A model generated the notes under the pieces. The model was not told the DNA's origin. It saw only the letters and a list, made by a program, of their open reading frames with translations, and searched no databases. Of a DNA stretch of 64,000 nt, positions 23,732 through 37,000 are shown in pieces; position 1 is the first letter of the stretch, and each line of letters starts with the position of its first letter. A program made the translations under genes and the position numbers. The stretch comes from Vicugna vicugna (Eukaryota), in the NCBI GenBank assembly GCA_013265495.1, contig MU058687.1, forward strand, positions 2,482,001 through 2,546,000. Reading direction: 5' to 3'.

Positions 23732-26434
23732 AGTTAGATTTCAGAACCAACCTGCTTGTCTGGCTACTTGCTCAGCTCCCCACAGACAAGTATTCAGTGT
23801 GGAGATTTGATGCTATGCCCTTAACTTTTATGGGGTTCATTAGAAACATACATTTGAATGGAATTTCTGTGTCTTTCGCAATAGATATTTTCTTGAATTT
23901 TATGCCTGGAAAAGAGTTTGTCTTCAACTGACCTGATGTACATCATTTTATTACTCCAGTATAGCTGGCATATTTTAAGTGGTAAACAGAAAATTTTTAG
24001 ATTATTTTAAATGATATTAACAGACAGTTCTTCATTTTAAGGATTATTCATTCATGTATGTGTTTACCCTCTATTTGTGGTGATGGTGGTTTTCATTTAT
24101 GAAAATATCATAAATTTAATTAAAATTAAATTAAATGTTTAATGTAATTAAATGAAATAATTTTATATATTTTTTAAAATAGCAAGTAAGTAACAATTTG
24201 GGTAGATCTACAGGAAAAAAGGAAAAAAGTGTGACAGCTGTTCAAGAATGAAAGAAGTTTGGAAAATACCATATTGGATAATAGAAGCAACAAGTTTTCC
24301 TTTTTACTATTGTTGCTAGGAAACTCAGGATTAAAGGCAATGCCCATTTGCAGTAATATCCAGGAGTCTGTAATCTATCTCATCCTACTCCTTTGCATCT
24401 GCCTTTACTAGAGCAAAGACTACACCAGATAGTTCCTGTTAGCTCAATATGTCTGTCTTCCAAGCGAAATGGGAGCTTTGTACCCATCCCATCATGTCTG
24501 TATACTCAGTTCTAGCACATGCTAGACACACAGAAAGGAGTGTGAGATTAACAAAGAAATGAAGGGATAAAAGGACGCAGGAATGGTAGTGTTTATTTCC
24601 CTATTTTTTTAACAACTAACTGAGAGGGATTTTAGACAGGAAGTGGGAGAGAGGGTGAGGGACTCAGCCGACCTTGGGGCGAGGATATTTGTGAAACTCT
24701 GACTGCCTGGTCTCCTTTAAACTCTCAAGAGCAGGTCCACCAATTGTCTGTTGGGGTCAGGGGTGGAGCTAGAGGCTAATAAGAGTGCTTAGTATATCCT
24801 GGGCATTGTATCTGCCTGCAGTATCTCACAGTATCTCAGTCAATCTACATACATAACAAACCTGTCCAAGTACATGTTATTATTATTATTCCCATTTGGT
24901 GATGAAATTCAGGCTTAGAGATTTGGGGATTTCAGGGAGCAATAAAATATCAAAAAAAAAATCAGGAATGGCATCCATATAGATGTTGCAAATACCTAGG
25001 TCAGTAGGCAAAACTACCACCTACCATCACCCTTATTTCCTAAAGAATGGACATTTTAACAATTTTTAAAAGGTTTAGAGGAAATGACCTCTGAATAAGG
25101 AACAATTCTTTACATTTAAAAAAGTTAGCTTTAAAAGAAACCATCACATTGTCCTTTAAAGAAAAATTTAACATGAAGTGAGGTAGGATACTCGAGTTTA
25201 GGAAGCTCCTACAGTAGCTTATAGGGAAAGGAACTCGGGAGTACTGAGCAAAGCTTCGAGGTGGGGCAGAGGTGGGCACGCCTGCTATGGAGAGCCTCCC
25301 AGTACACACCTGGGGCAGCACTCAGGACAGAACCTGGGGAGGCTTCCAAACAAGATATTGGAGATGAAAGATGCTTGTATCCATGCAGGCATCTGCCCAG
25401 CATCCTAGAGAGGTAGGATTTCAAATCTATAATGTGCCTGTGAGATCACCCCAACCCATCTTCGATGTTGCAGAGAAGGAAATTCAGTCTCAGAGAGGTT
25501 AAACTGCTTCACAGAAGCACAAGGCTGCCTTTTGCAGAGCCAGAATTCTAACTCCAGTCTCCAACCTCCCAACCAGCACATCTCCCACCACATCACCGGT
25601 ACCTGCCAGAGGACAAAGCTCTGCAGGAAGGATGCTACTCTATCTACGAGGGCATCTACTTCTAAGGGTGGGGTATGGTGGTTTGCCTGTCTCCAAGGGA
25701 CTGGAAGGACACACTTACTGGGAAACGACAGCCCCCCTCTCCCCAATTTCCACAAACATGCATGAACAGGCACCAAATCTTGAAGGTGCTAAGGACCTAT
25801 GTGGTGAGAAGGACAAGTCCCTCAACCCAGGAGCCCCTGGGTGAGCTGTACGAGCGCTGGTCAGTAGCCCAGGGGTTGGGACTCAGGGCTGTCGAGAGTG
25901 TGCATTCCTCTAACTCTGCCCCTGAGACCAGCGCTCACTGGACGTGCTGGCCAGAACTCAGGGGACACAGTGGGTTGACCTGCTCCATTTCCCGTCTTCC
26001 CATTCCTCCTCAACCCACTGACACCTGACTCCCACTACTTTCCTAAAACTACTCCCACAGAGGTCATCAATTACCTTTGAGTAGCCAAAGGCAAAGACCC
26101 CCTTTCAGTACGCAGTCCTCAGGACCTCTGCTCAGCGCCTGACCACCTTTACGTACATTGCTGCATATCGTAAGCTAACGGCATCCCCATCCACCCAAGA
26201 GCAGTGCCAAACAGTTCCATTATGCGTGACTCCTTGCTCTGCCTCTCCTGTCCAAGCTCTTGGCCTGTCCCATCCTTTCTTCCAGAGAAGACCCGCCCAG
26301 CACTCCCGGCCCCTCTGGGAGCCCCGCGGCCCTCACCTAGGCCTTCCCGACGCTCCTGGGTGTGGCATCAGCTTCATTCTCTCCTCTCCTCCCCTCTCCA
26401 GGCCTGCTCCCCAGGGCTGCTGCTTCCTTTCTAA

Positions 26435-26612
26435 AACGGGCCAGTGGACTACGGTCAAACCAAGGAGGAGTCAGGTCCACCTACCACCTGTTTTTGTATT
26501 TTTTAATGGTTATATAAGCACCTATATCGTACCCTCGATTTTCGTCTTAGGCCACAAAGCCTAAAGTGTTTCCTCTCCGGCCCTTCCCAGAAACAGTTTG
26601 CCGACCTCCGTT
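26435..26612. mobile_element. hAT MITE, MER58-like
   Basis: ccacctgtttttgtatttt...ggccacaaagcctaaagtgtttcc...agaaacagtttgccgacctcc. Confidence 0.65.
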
Positions 26613-28119
26613 ACAACCCAGCACTGGCTGCTGCCTTACTTCTCGCCTCTACCGACCGTCAGAGCTGCTCAGAGCTCCCTGAGGCACTGGCTGAAATGCA
26701 GACGTCTGGGCTTCACCAGCTAAAGATTCCATTTCAGTGGGTCAGGGGTGGAGTCTGGAATCTGCATTCTAACCAACAGTCACTGCACATACCACAGGTG
26801 GTTCTCATGTAGTTCTAATCGTAGGGCCAAGGTCCTCACCTTGTGAAGTTCTGCTCTAACTATAGGGACCACGTGAAGTTCACACAAAGACCACATCTTC
26901 CCACTCCTCCACCCCTATAACAAACAAATACTGTCACTCCCTCCTCTGTCCTACTCCACGGAACACCTGTCCCTCTACAGCCCAGATGATGTGTGTCCGT
27001 GTCTGTCTCAGTAGCCACAAGCAAGCTCCTCGTGGAAGGCCCCACTTTCCTGTGCCCCCAGCCCCCACAGAGAAGGCCCTGATCAACACTTGATGAGTCA
27101 ATGAACACAGGGACTTGCTCCAAACTGCCACATGACGCAGTGCAAGGTCAGGTCTGGAGTCCCAACACTGAACCCCTAGCCGGGTGACCTTCATGCCCAT
27201 CCATCTACTGCGAAAGCAGAGCAGCTCAGAGCAAGGGCCGGCCTGGGTGTGAATTCAGCTGTGCGACCTTGGGCAACTTGCACATACTCTCCGAGCCTCA
27301 TTACATCATTGCTAAAATGAGAAAGATGACACTAATAGTACTTACCTCATAGATCTGCTCCGAGGCTTAAATGAAATAATCCACAGAAACTCTTCAGCAC
27401 ATAGGAAGCATTGATGCCTGTTAATTACGGTTGTTATTCCATCATCTTCCTTTGTCCACAACGGGCAAGTGCCCGAGGGGACAGGAAGCCTAGGCCTTTC
27501 ACTAGAGAGGGAGCAGTGGGGACTGTTCAGACTTGCACCCTAGGGTTGTCACTGGAATCCCACAGGAAGTCACCAACCAGGGAAGCCCTGTCAAGTGACT
27601 CAGTACACTAGGAATAGGCCGACCCTGGAACCCTTAAAGCTCAGGACCCCAGCTCCTAGGCCAACTGAAGAAATCCATCCCACAAATATCCTACCCCCTG
27701 GAGAGTTAAGGCAGTAGTTTCAGGAGACAGAGGACACAGCAGGTGGAGGAAGGGGAAGGGGCTGGGACACATGGAGGATGCCGGCAGCAGGCCTGCAGGG
27801 CAGCAGCCAGCAGCACTGCACATTTGTCGAGCCCTCGTCAATTACACACTCTGGGGCAGACGCCGCCAACCCCAGGGAGAGGGTTTGATGGAGACGCCGG
27901 AGCCCCAGGTGCCCACAGCATGGACCTGCCACATACAGAGAGCAATGTGGCTCATCCTGACGTGGCAAACCCAGGACAGGAGCTTCCCACAGCAGGATGA
28001 CTTCTGCGGATGCAGGGGCCAGATTACAGGTAAAAGGGACCCTGTCCTAGAGCCCAAGGGGCTACAGAACCAGAAAGAGCTGAGTAATGTTTGGCCTAAA
28101 CACTGTTTTTAAACCATTC

Positions 28120-29175
28120 TCCAGTCACACAAGCCAGAAACCTAGGAGTTGACCTTGACACCTCTCTCTCCCTTGATTCCCCCAACCAGATCCTCCATCA
28201 TGGAACACCACCGTTTTTACCTCCCAAGGGTCTCCGCCATCAGCTACCGCCATTCCCAATCTCACTTACTCTGTTGAATTTATTTTTCTTTTCCCATTGC
28301 ACATAATGCTCCTCAACATACTAGCGTATGTGTTACTAAGTCTACTGTCTGTCTCTCCCTCGCTAAAATGCCTGCTCTGTAGGGGTAGGGGTCTTTGCCT
28401 GTTTTGTTCACTGAAAAGTGCCTGGCACATAGTGGGTGCTCAGAAAATATTCATGGATTGATTCTCCATGACCACTGTCTCCTGTCTGAGTGACTATACT
28501 AGCCTCCTGTCTGGCCCACCACCACCCACTCTGGTCCACCGCCACCCACTCTGGTCCATTTCCAATGCATCCCCCAGCATGGTGTCATCTCAAAGCACAA
28601 AGCTGACTGTGTGTCACACCTGCCTGCAAAAACTTCAGAGCATTGATGGCTTCCCACAGCTCTCGGGATAAAGTCCAATCCCCCTGCCATGGTCCCCACT
28701 GCATGGCCTGCTCCTGGCCTCTGTGCTCCCCACCCTCCTCACTCTCCTGCTCCAGCCCCACTGGCCTCCCTCCAGCTCCACCCATTTTCCCCAACTGCTC
28801 CCACCACAGGGTTCGAGCCCAAGAAGATTCCTGTGCTCAGAACCACCCCCTCTTCCTCCTTCAGCTGTCCCTGTTCAACCTTCAGGTTCCAGGACTGGGC
28901 AGTCTTCTCTGACACAGAGCTCTCCACCCCTCACTGGGTCAAATCCCCCCAAGGTAGGAGCTCATACACCATCAAAGGAGTCCCCACCATAGCCTTTGTC
29001 ATGGTTGCATTTTTATGCCTGTCCATGGAGTTTGGTAGCATCTTTCCTTCTGACTCTGCTGTCAGCTCCAGAACGGCAGGACCAGCTTCCTTGCTCACTA
29101 TTTTATCCCCAATACTCAGCAGTGTGTGAGGCACCTAACAGGCTCTCAATAAACATTTGTTGAACAAATGAATGA
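28120..29175 (+). mobile_element. L2 LINE fragments (two 3' ends)
   Basis: gtgcctggcacatagtgggtgctcag (about 28420) and ggctctcaataaacatttgttgaacaaatgaatgaa (about 29150). Confidence 0.7.
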
Positions 29176-30794
29176 AGTGAGGAAACCAAGACCCAAAGAA
29201 CAGAAGTGACTTGGTCACAGTGGAACAGCCTGGAGATTACACTGAGCTAGAAACACGGTCTTTGAAATTCTGCCCGGAATTCATTTCCCTTCTCTTCGGC
29301 AGGTCAGTGACAAGGGTTCCCCCAGCCAGTGGAGACCAAAGCTGACCAGCACAACCAGACAAGGGGACAGAACCCGGGCCTGCCTGAGGTCCTTTCTGGA
29401 ACAGCTCCAGGCAGTCAAGACAGAAAGTCAAAATTTTGGAGAATAGTTCACACTAGTCTTATTGGAGATTACAATTCACACTTGCGTAATGAAAGCACGG
29501 AAAATTCCCCAGGTCAAGAAGAAATGGTTAACATTTCTGCAGGTGACCAGTCCACAGGTCCTGAAAGCACATCTCCCAGCTCCAGACACAACCAAAAGGA
29601 CACTCATTCTTTCAAAGAGCATTTATCAGAGACCCACTCAGTGCTAAGCATGTGCCAGGCTCCAGGGCAGCCACAGAGGGAAGACAAGCAAGGCCCCACC
29701 TCTAGGGAGCTGACGGTCCAGGAGGGGAGATGCCAACTACAAAACCAATTAAACAATAAAGCGATCACTGGCCACAAACTGAAATCACAGGAAGGGCACT
29801 AGAAAGGGAGTGACTGTTGGCTGAGCTCTGAGGAGGTGACCGCAGAGCCGACAGCTTGAGGCAGTGCGGCCAGTTGGACAGGAAGGCCAGAGCCAGACCT
29901 TCCAAGCTCCTAGGAATCCTGTCCTTTTGCTGTGAATCCACTTGAGACCAACTCTGGTGTCCCTGACGTACCACCCAAGTGAGAACCGCGAGTCTCTCCA
30001 GATTGTGACTTAAGGAAAGTGACGTGAGGGCTCGGTGTTGCCAAATTCCTAAAGCGTCGGTCCTGAGGATAAAACCACACACAGAAAGGAATGTGCCCCT
30101 TCCCAGGCATGAGCTCGAAAACCCAGCAAGGTGAATGTCTACTTCTCCCTGACGGTGCTCGATGCTTCTGGAGGGAAAAAAATAAAAAGACTTAAATGGA
30201 AAATAATTGTTAGCAGCCATTATTACTAATTCAAGATGTGTCCGATGACATTGAGGTGTTCTCCTTAATGTTCCGTCATTACTATCATCTTTTAGAGAGT
30301 ATAAAACCGGGCGTTCATCTGTTGACCTGAAGGCCCACACCTATGGCCCTCCTCATCTCTCACAACCACCTGGAATTCCTCAACCTTGGGGGTTCTCAAG
30401 AGCACAGCCCTCAGGCTGAGGAGTCAACATCCGGGTCCTAGAACGGTCCAAGGCTACTGAAACGTTGGGTAACCCGCCAGGGGTTGGGCAGAGCAAGCTG
30501 TGCAAATTGGAGCAGGAGGAGCTGCTTGCCACATGCTCTCATCATGTGCAATCCCTCTATTTCGTGTGGGACAATGAGGAGAAAATTGGCTGCCAGGTCC
30601 GGGATCCCAGCCCCTGGCAGCTTGCTCTGGTTGACCCTCGCCATGGAGTGAGAAACATTTTCCAGTATTTAAATGAAACCCTGGGTTGCTGCTGCAGGCA
30701 ACAGCCGTAGAAAAATAAGGAATGCCTGACCCCTTGTGGCATATGGCTGCCCAGAGAGGACAGGCAGAAGACTGGGTATTTGAGTGGGAATGTG

Positions 30795-31210
30795 GGCCTG
30801 GAGTGGGCTGAACCCTCAAAAGATATGTTCCCCAGGCGCAACCCTATTTGGAAAAAGGGTCTTTTCAGATGAATTAAATATTTTAGGATGAGATCATCCT
30901 GGATTACCTGGGTGGCCCTAAATCCAATGACAAGTGTCCTTATAACATACAGGAGAAGACACAGACATGCAGTGGAGACGGCATGGGAAGATGGAGGCAG
31001 AAATCGGATTATAGACAGGTAAGTCAAGGGACACCAAGTCCCCAGAAGCCAGGGGAGAGGCAGGGGACAGATTCTTCCTCAGAGGCTCCGAAAGGAACCA
31101 ACCTTAATTTCAGACTTCTGGCTTCCAGAACCATGAGAGAATAAATTTCTTTTGTTTGAAGCCACCAAGTTTGGAGTAATTTGTTACAGCAGCCCTGGGA
31201 AATGAATACA
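30795..31210 (+). mobile_element. MaLR solo LTR, MLT1C-like
   Basis: gatgagatcatcctggattacctgggtggccctaaatccaatgacaagtgtccttataa...ttgttacagcagccctgggaaatgaataca. Confidence 0.85.
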
Positions 31211-31825
31211 GCGCCTGTTAAGTTCAAGATGGGGTGGAGGGGTGGGAGGGCTCAAAGTCAGCAGTTTCCAAATGCTGGTCTGTGGAGGGAGTGAGTCAGA
31301 ATCACCTGGGGCTCTCGTTAAAATGGACTCCTGGCTCCGGGTAGATCCCTGGGGTGGGGGCTCTAGGATCTGCACATTTAGCAAGCTGTCCCTAGTCCGT
31401 TCTCCTGTACAGCCTATTCAGGGAGCCGCTGCCCTGAACAACTCAGGGATAACCTTTGTGATCATAATGTTCACTGACTATTTCTAGTTCTTTATCTCCA
31501 AACACAAAAAGATAGGATGGTACTTCTGGCCCTGCTCCCATCCTGTGTGTCACTTCCAAGCTGAATATTTCATTGCCAGTGCCGGGCCCTCCAGAGCCCT
31601 CTTCCTGCAGTATTTGGGATGGAGCCGCTCCATCAGCCTGGGTGCCTGAGTGACTGAGCAGAGCCCCCTGCCTACATGTAACGCCAATGTAACTTCCGGG
31701 TTTTAAAGCCACTGAAATGTCAGGTTGTTTGTCACTGCAGCATAGCCTAGCCTGTCCTGACTGATTTCAACTCAGGAATGTTGGATTTCAACTTCAAGTC
31801 CCTCTCCTTAAGGCATAACTTGGAT

Positions 31826-31996
31826 ATAGATCCATCTTTTGAATTTGCTTAACATGCCTTAGGCTCATCACAGCAAACGCTTCTTATATCATGCTGGACA
31901 TTGACATAGATCCATCTTTTGAGCTTTGCGAACAATTTGCTTAACATGTCTTAGGCTCATCACAGCAAACGCTTCTTATATCATGCTGGACATTGA
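31826..31996. repeat. Tandem duplication of unique sequence, 80-bp and about 92-bp units
   Basis: atagatccatcttttga...catgctggacattga occurs twice; copies differ by a 12-nt indel and one substitution. Confidence 0.97.
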
Positions 31997-32707
31997 ACTG
32001 AACTGATTCAGTATTAACACCCAAACAAATTCCAGAACTCATTTTTCTTGCTATTTTTCTTAATTCACTGAAAGTATTGATTTTCTAGCTAGCATTAGAC
32101 TTTACTATGCATATATATGCATCACCACAGTATCTTGTTAAAATACACAGTATTAAAATTCAGTAATCTAGGATGAGTTACATTCTACAGTTCTACAAAC
32201 TCTCAGGAGATGCCAGTTCTGCCAGTCTGTGGACTACACTTTGAGTAGCAAGGATTTAAGTAAAGCTTTTCTACAAAATTATTACTGAATTAACAGTTAA
32301 TTTCAAAACATCCGTAATTATAATAGCATATATCTGTAAAGCCATCTATAGTTTCACACGTGTCCAATTTCAGCCTCATGATAGCCCTGTCTGTGATATT
32401 CTTACACCCATTTTGCAGATGAGGAAAATAAAAGTTGAGAGACAGTGAGAGACTTCCTCAGGGTTATATAGCTAGGAAATGCCAAAGGTCAGACTAGATC
32501 ACAGATTATGTTTTTGCTCTCCCACTGCCTAGTTATAGTTCTCAAGGTTTCACCGCGTTTGAATGCTGCAAGATTCTAAACACTGTGCATGCATACATGT
32601 GTGTATGTGTGGTTGGAAACCACTTCAAATTCAAATTCTTTGGTCACTTCAACCTAGCCTTTGAGTTATACACTATTGGCTTTGGAGTGCTCTCTTTCAT
32701 GGGGAAA

Positions 32708-32726
32708 ACACTGCCATCTGGTGGAC
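32708..32726 (-). promoter_or_regulatory. Candidate CTCF binding site
   Basis: Reverse complement gtccaccagatggcagtgt matches the CTCF core CCASYAGRKGGCRS. Confidence 0.6.
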
Positions 32727-33855
32727 TTTCAGAACATCAAGCTGTAGGATACTAAGTCTGGGTGACATCCTTGCAATTTGGGTTCCATAGCTCCAGTTCT
32801 TTTGGTCAACACAAGGGCTAGACTCTGTGTAAGAGATTCAGACATGGCTTAAGCTATGGTCTTTATCTTCTAGGAGCTCTTGAGGAAGACACAGAGACAT
32901 AAACTTCTACATGAAACAGGTTGTTCATAGTGCAAAGTCTGCGATCAGAAGATATGGGTAAGTTTTAACCTCTTACTTGTGTGGCCTTGTGCAAGACACT
33001 TGATCTCTTGGATCTTTAGTATCTTCATCTGTAAAAATTAGATAAAAATAGGCTTGCCTTTCTGGGTCCCTGGGAGGAAGATGAGAGATTTGTCTTAAAA
33101 GCAACCGGACTTGAGAATGGAGAAGTCACAGGAATGGAGAAGGTCACGATGAGTCCATGATGACACCAAGCTGCTGAGCCTGATTCACAGGGAGAACAGT
33201 GATGCCACTGGGAGAGATAAAAGTGGACAGCTTATTTGAGGGAGAAGATGACAACTTTAGATTTACCTATGAGTCTGAAAAGACACCAGGATGTGACATG
33301 GCAATATCCAAAGCAGTTGGAAGGAGATGCGGAATGGAGACAGAGATTTGGAAAGGCAGGAGAATGCAGTGGTCAGGCGCACAGGGCTGCAGTCAACGTC
33401 CTGGCTTTAGCTCTCAACTCCACCACTTCCTAGCTGTGATCCCAGCAGGCTGTTTAACCTCTCAGTGTCTCAGACTGGGCACCGATAAAATGAAAATACC
33501 AATGGCGCTGAGAGAGTGCGAAGAGTTAGTGCAGGCACCTGGGTCATAACCTCTATTCAGTGCTTTCTGTCCACTGGAATATAACCTCCACGAGGGCAAG
33601 AGCTTTTGTTTCTGTGTCTCCTGGTGTAGAGTAGGCAGGCACTCAGTAAACAGTCATGGAATATATGAGTGAATGAATGAATGAAATCATTGCCACAAGA
33701 CTGCTGAACAGAGGAGCTGTTTGAGGGGGAGACTGAAAGGGAAACCAGAAGGCTGGACTTAGATGTAACCCAGAGTTAGGGGCTGAAGGCCACTGTCTAA
33801 CCATGTTCTTTTTAGAAGTGTAAAAATGGAGGTTTTCCCATGGGAAGGACTAGGT

Positions 33856-34051
33856 TAGTGGTTGTCAACTGGGGTAATGTCTGGAAGGAGACATTTTTGG
33901 TCTTCAGAACTGGTGGGGTGGGGAAAGTGTTACTCACATCCAGTGGGTAGAAGTCTGGGATGCTGCTAAACATCCTACAGTGCATGGTACCACCCCACAA
34001 ATGGAGCTATCTGTCCCCAGATGTCAACAGGGTGGAGCCTGAGAAACCCTT
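33856..34051. mobile_element. hAT MITE, MER20-like
   Basis: agtggttgtcaactgggg...ggatgctgctaaacatcctacagtgcat...tgagaaaccct. Confidence 0.85.
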
Positions 34052-37000
34052 GGCTAGATTTAGTAGTCCAAAATATGATCCCAAACGTGTTTCTCACCAG
34101 CTCTGTGGCCTTATTGGTCAAATTCTTGATCTCTGAGTTCGCTTCCTTATCTATAAAATGGAACATTAATACCAATCGAGGGTTGTGGTGAGGAACAGTA
34201 TAGTTCGCAGCACCTGCCCCACGGCTGCCCTGTGTTGAATCCTACCATTCTGATTAGTAATTACTCTCATGCAAAAGATGCACAGGACAGATAAAGGCTC
34301 ATCTCTTGGATGCATTACTGAGGCTGAATCCTGCTTACAGAGCTTGATCCGTGTCACTTTGAAGAGGTCAATTCACTCACCCTGAGCTCCGACCATCCTA
34401 CACACAGGGCAGTCATGCTCATACTGGTCCCGGTCATCCTTCCATCTGCACTGAGGACAAGGAAAGTGGTGCAGAGCCCGGATGACTCTGCACCTGCCAC
34501 CAGAGCGAAAACAAGCTGAGGCTCCTCCACGTACGGTCAGCTCTCAGTGAGCTCATAACCTTGACCCAGGCCCGACCCATGCAAAAGGTAGCCAGACTGA
34601 GTTCCCCATCTCGCTGGTCATCGGCCCAATAGAGCAGATTCTGGAAGAGGTATAACTTGAATATTATAGAAGTTTCCAACCACAGCAAAAAAACATTAAA
34701 AAAAAAAACTATCTCCATGGCAAAGAATAAAAGAAATCTATGTAAATTTTCAGGAAAGCTGCTACTACTTACACACTGCTGTCAGTGAGTGTGCAAGTGA
34801 GTGGCCCGGCATGCACGTTATATACACTGACATTCCTGCTTCCCTGAACGCCCTTGCTAATACCTAGGGGTCCCGACAAGGCTGCCCTCTCTCCACCTGC
34901 TCTAGCTTCAGTTTCCAGGTGACTCACCTGAGGACAGAGACTCAGCCATCAGTTCTTTCCTCTCCCCTTAAGGGTCTCAGGAAAGATGGGAGGGGGTGGG
35001 GTAAGGTGTAGCAGTTCGGACAGGAAACATGGAAGGGGGGGGATAAGGAATAGGTAAGAATAAAATAAGAGAAAAATAAAATAAGAAATAGACAGTAGGA
35101 TTGCTGAGAAAGAATCGAGCTCCTCAGTGGGTAATAATAGCTAAAATTTCCTGAGCACTTGCTTTACACCAGGCACTGTGTTCACGTTTGTTATTCAACC
35201 CTCCAATGTTCCTGGGAGTTCAGTGTAAGGATGCCCATTTTACAGAAGTCTAGTAAAGTGTACTCCAAGAATTATGTTGACTCAGATCAGCTCATTTCCA
35301 GCCTAATCAATAAATATGACCCTGAGATAGAATGTAAAAGTGGCTTCAAAGGAAGACCTGCCTTACACTTACGTGTGTGGTGGGGAGGAAGACGTTTTTT
35401 CTTCCAGTTGGATGACTCAGGGGTGGAGAATGCCTCTGGTATGTAGTGGGCGAAGCCAAAAATGCTTAACACCCTATGCTATAAAGAACAACACTCTGGT
35501 TGAGAAACACTGGAACTTTCTGAGCCTCCGGTCCCCCACCTCTATAGTGTAGACAGTATCCCCTGCATTAGCCGGTTACCAGGAGGACTAAATAACCATT
35601 TCATCTGGAAGGCACCAACCTGCCCAGTGCAGCAGACAGTGTCAGAGCCCCAACCGCATCCTTGGGCTCCGTACCATGTCTGAGCTGGCTGGCTGCACCT
35701 CCACTTGCCAGCATCTGCATCTCTTTTTAGGAGAACTTCTCTGGCAGCGAAAGCACACGCTCTCCTCCCTTGACAAGGCAAGCTGGAGGCACGCCACGTC
35801 CTCAACCAACGACTGGCATGGGAGCTGGTGTTTAAATACCCCAGCAACCCCACTTCTCAGAGGGAGAAATCTGAAGCTTGTGCTCTACACTGTTCCCAAA
35901 GTTCTCCAGTAGGACTAATGTCCAGTTCCTGGCAGTGGTAACAGGCTTTCTTCCCTCCTCTGTCTCACACCACCTCCCCACTCCACCCCCAAGCTTCCTG
36001 GGATCACCTCCCAACTAAACCATCTGCTCTCAAACCCCGGTCCCTGGGTTGCTTCTTGGGAAACCAAACCTAAGGCACATCAAATAGTTAAAGGTTGGTC
36101 CCTTTCCTCTGGCCTTGTTGGTTTGCATTTTTTTTTTCAGCCTAGAGCTCCCATCCTGAGAGGGTTCATGTCTTCTCACGTGGGTCCCGCTTACTGCAAT
36201 AACTGTGTCCTGTGAATTATGTTAGTTCTTCTCTCTGGCACGTTCAAAATATTATTAAAAATTGGGTGGGGAGAGTGGCCCAGATGGGCAGCACAAGCTG
36301 CTGTAAGGAAGGGCTGGTTTTGAAGCTGGTTCCTTTGCCCCTTGAACATATGCCTAATTTGCTTTTATTCCTTCCCCAGGACGATTCTATTTCTTCTGAG
36401 TTGATGTCCCTTATGGGGAAGTAAAACCACATCCAAATGGTTTGGAAAATGTCCTAAAGTAATATATATTTTCCACCTCGCCTGTATTTTGTTCATGCTG
36501 ATGACAAAGCCACATCACCCCAAAGCCACACCCGGGGGCCTCTCTGCCCTTGTTGTTGCTGATGTGTGATGGACCACTGAGGGTGGTTGCTGAGCGACAA
36601 AGCTGGCATCTCAGTGCATTGACATATTTTGCTATTAACCATCGCAGGATTCAGTTTTGCCCTGTGCTTTTCCCTCTGTATGATCATGAGTAAGGCATTT
36701 GGACTATTTGTCTCAGGTTCCTCAACTGCCAAGTAGTTAGACTAATAACCATTTCAGGGCCAAGGTTTGAGGATTAAATGAGATAATGCATATAAGTCAC
36801 CCACATGAGCTCCCGGTGTGTAGTATCCAGTTAATAACTGTTAGCTGGGAGTCAGACACAGTAGTAACAGCAGCAGAGCAGCAGGAGTGGCAAAGAGCTT
36901 GGGCTCCAACGCAGTCTTGCACCTTCCCCAGTGGCTGCGCAAAATCTCACACAGTGCACACTCAGTAAATACTTGCATGAAATAACGAGTAAACCAAGCC

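Noticed and set aside
27650..30340. Cluster of 100-190 aa ORFs
   Set aside because: Partly overlap L2/MIR remnants, lack recognisable domains or consistent splice structure; expected by chance in GC-richer DNA
31231..31250. G-quadruplex pattern ggggtggaggggtgggaggg
   Set aside because: Matches the pattern but is isolated between transposons; such motifs are common
31826..31996. Possible CRISPR-like repeat-spacer structure
   Set aside because: Only two abutting units with no spacers, in a mammalian context
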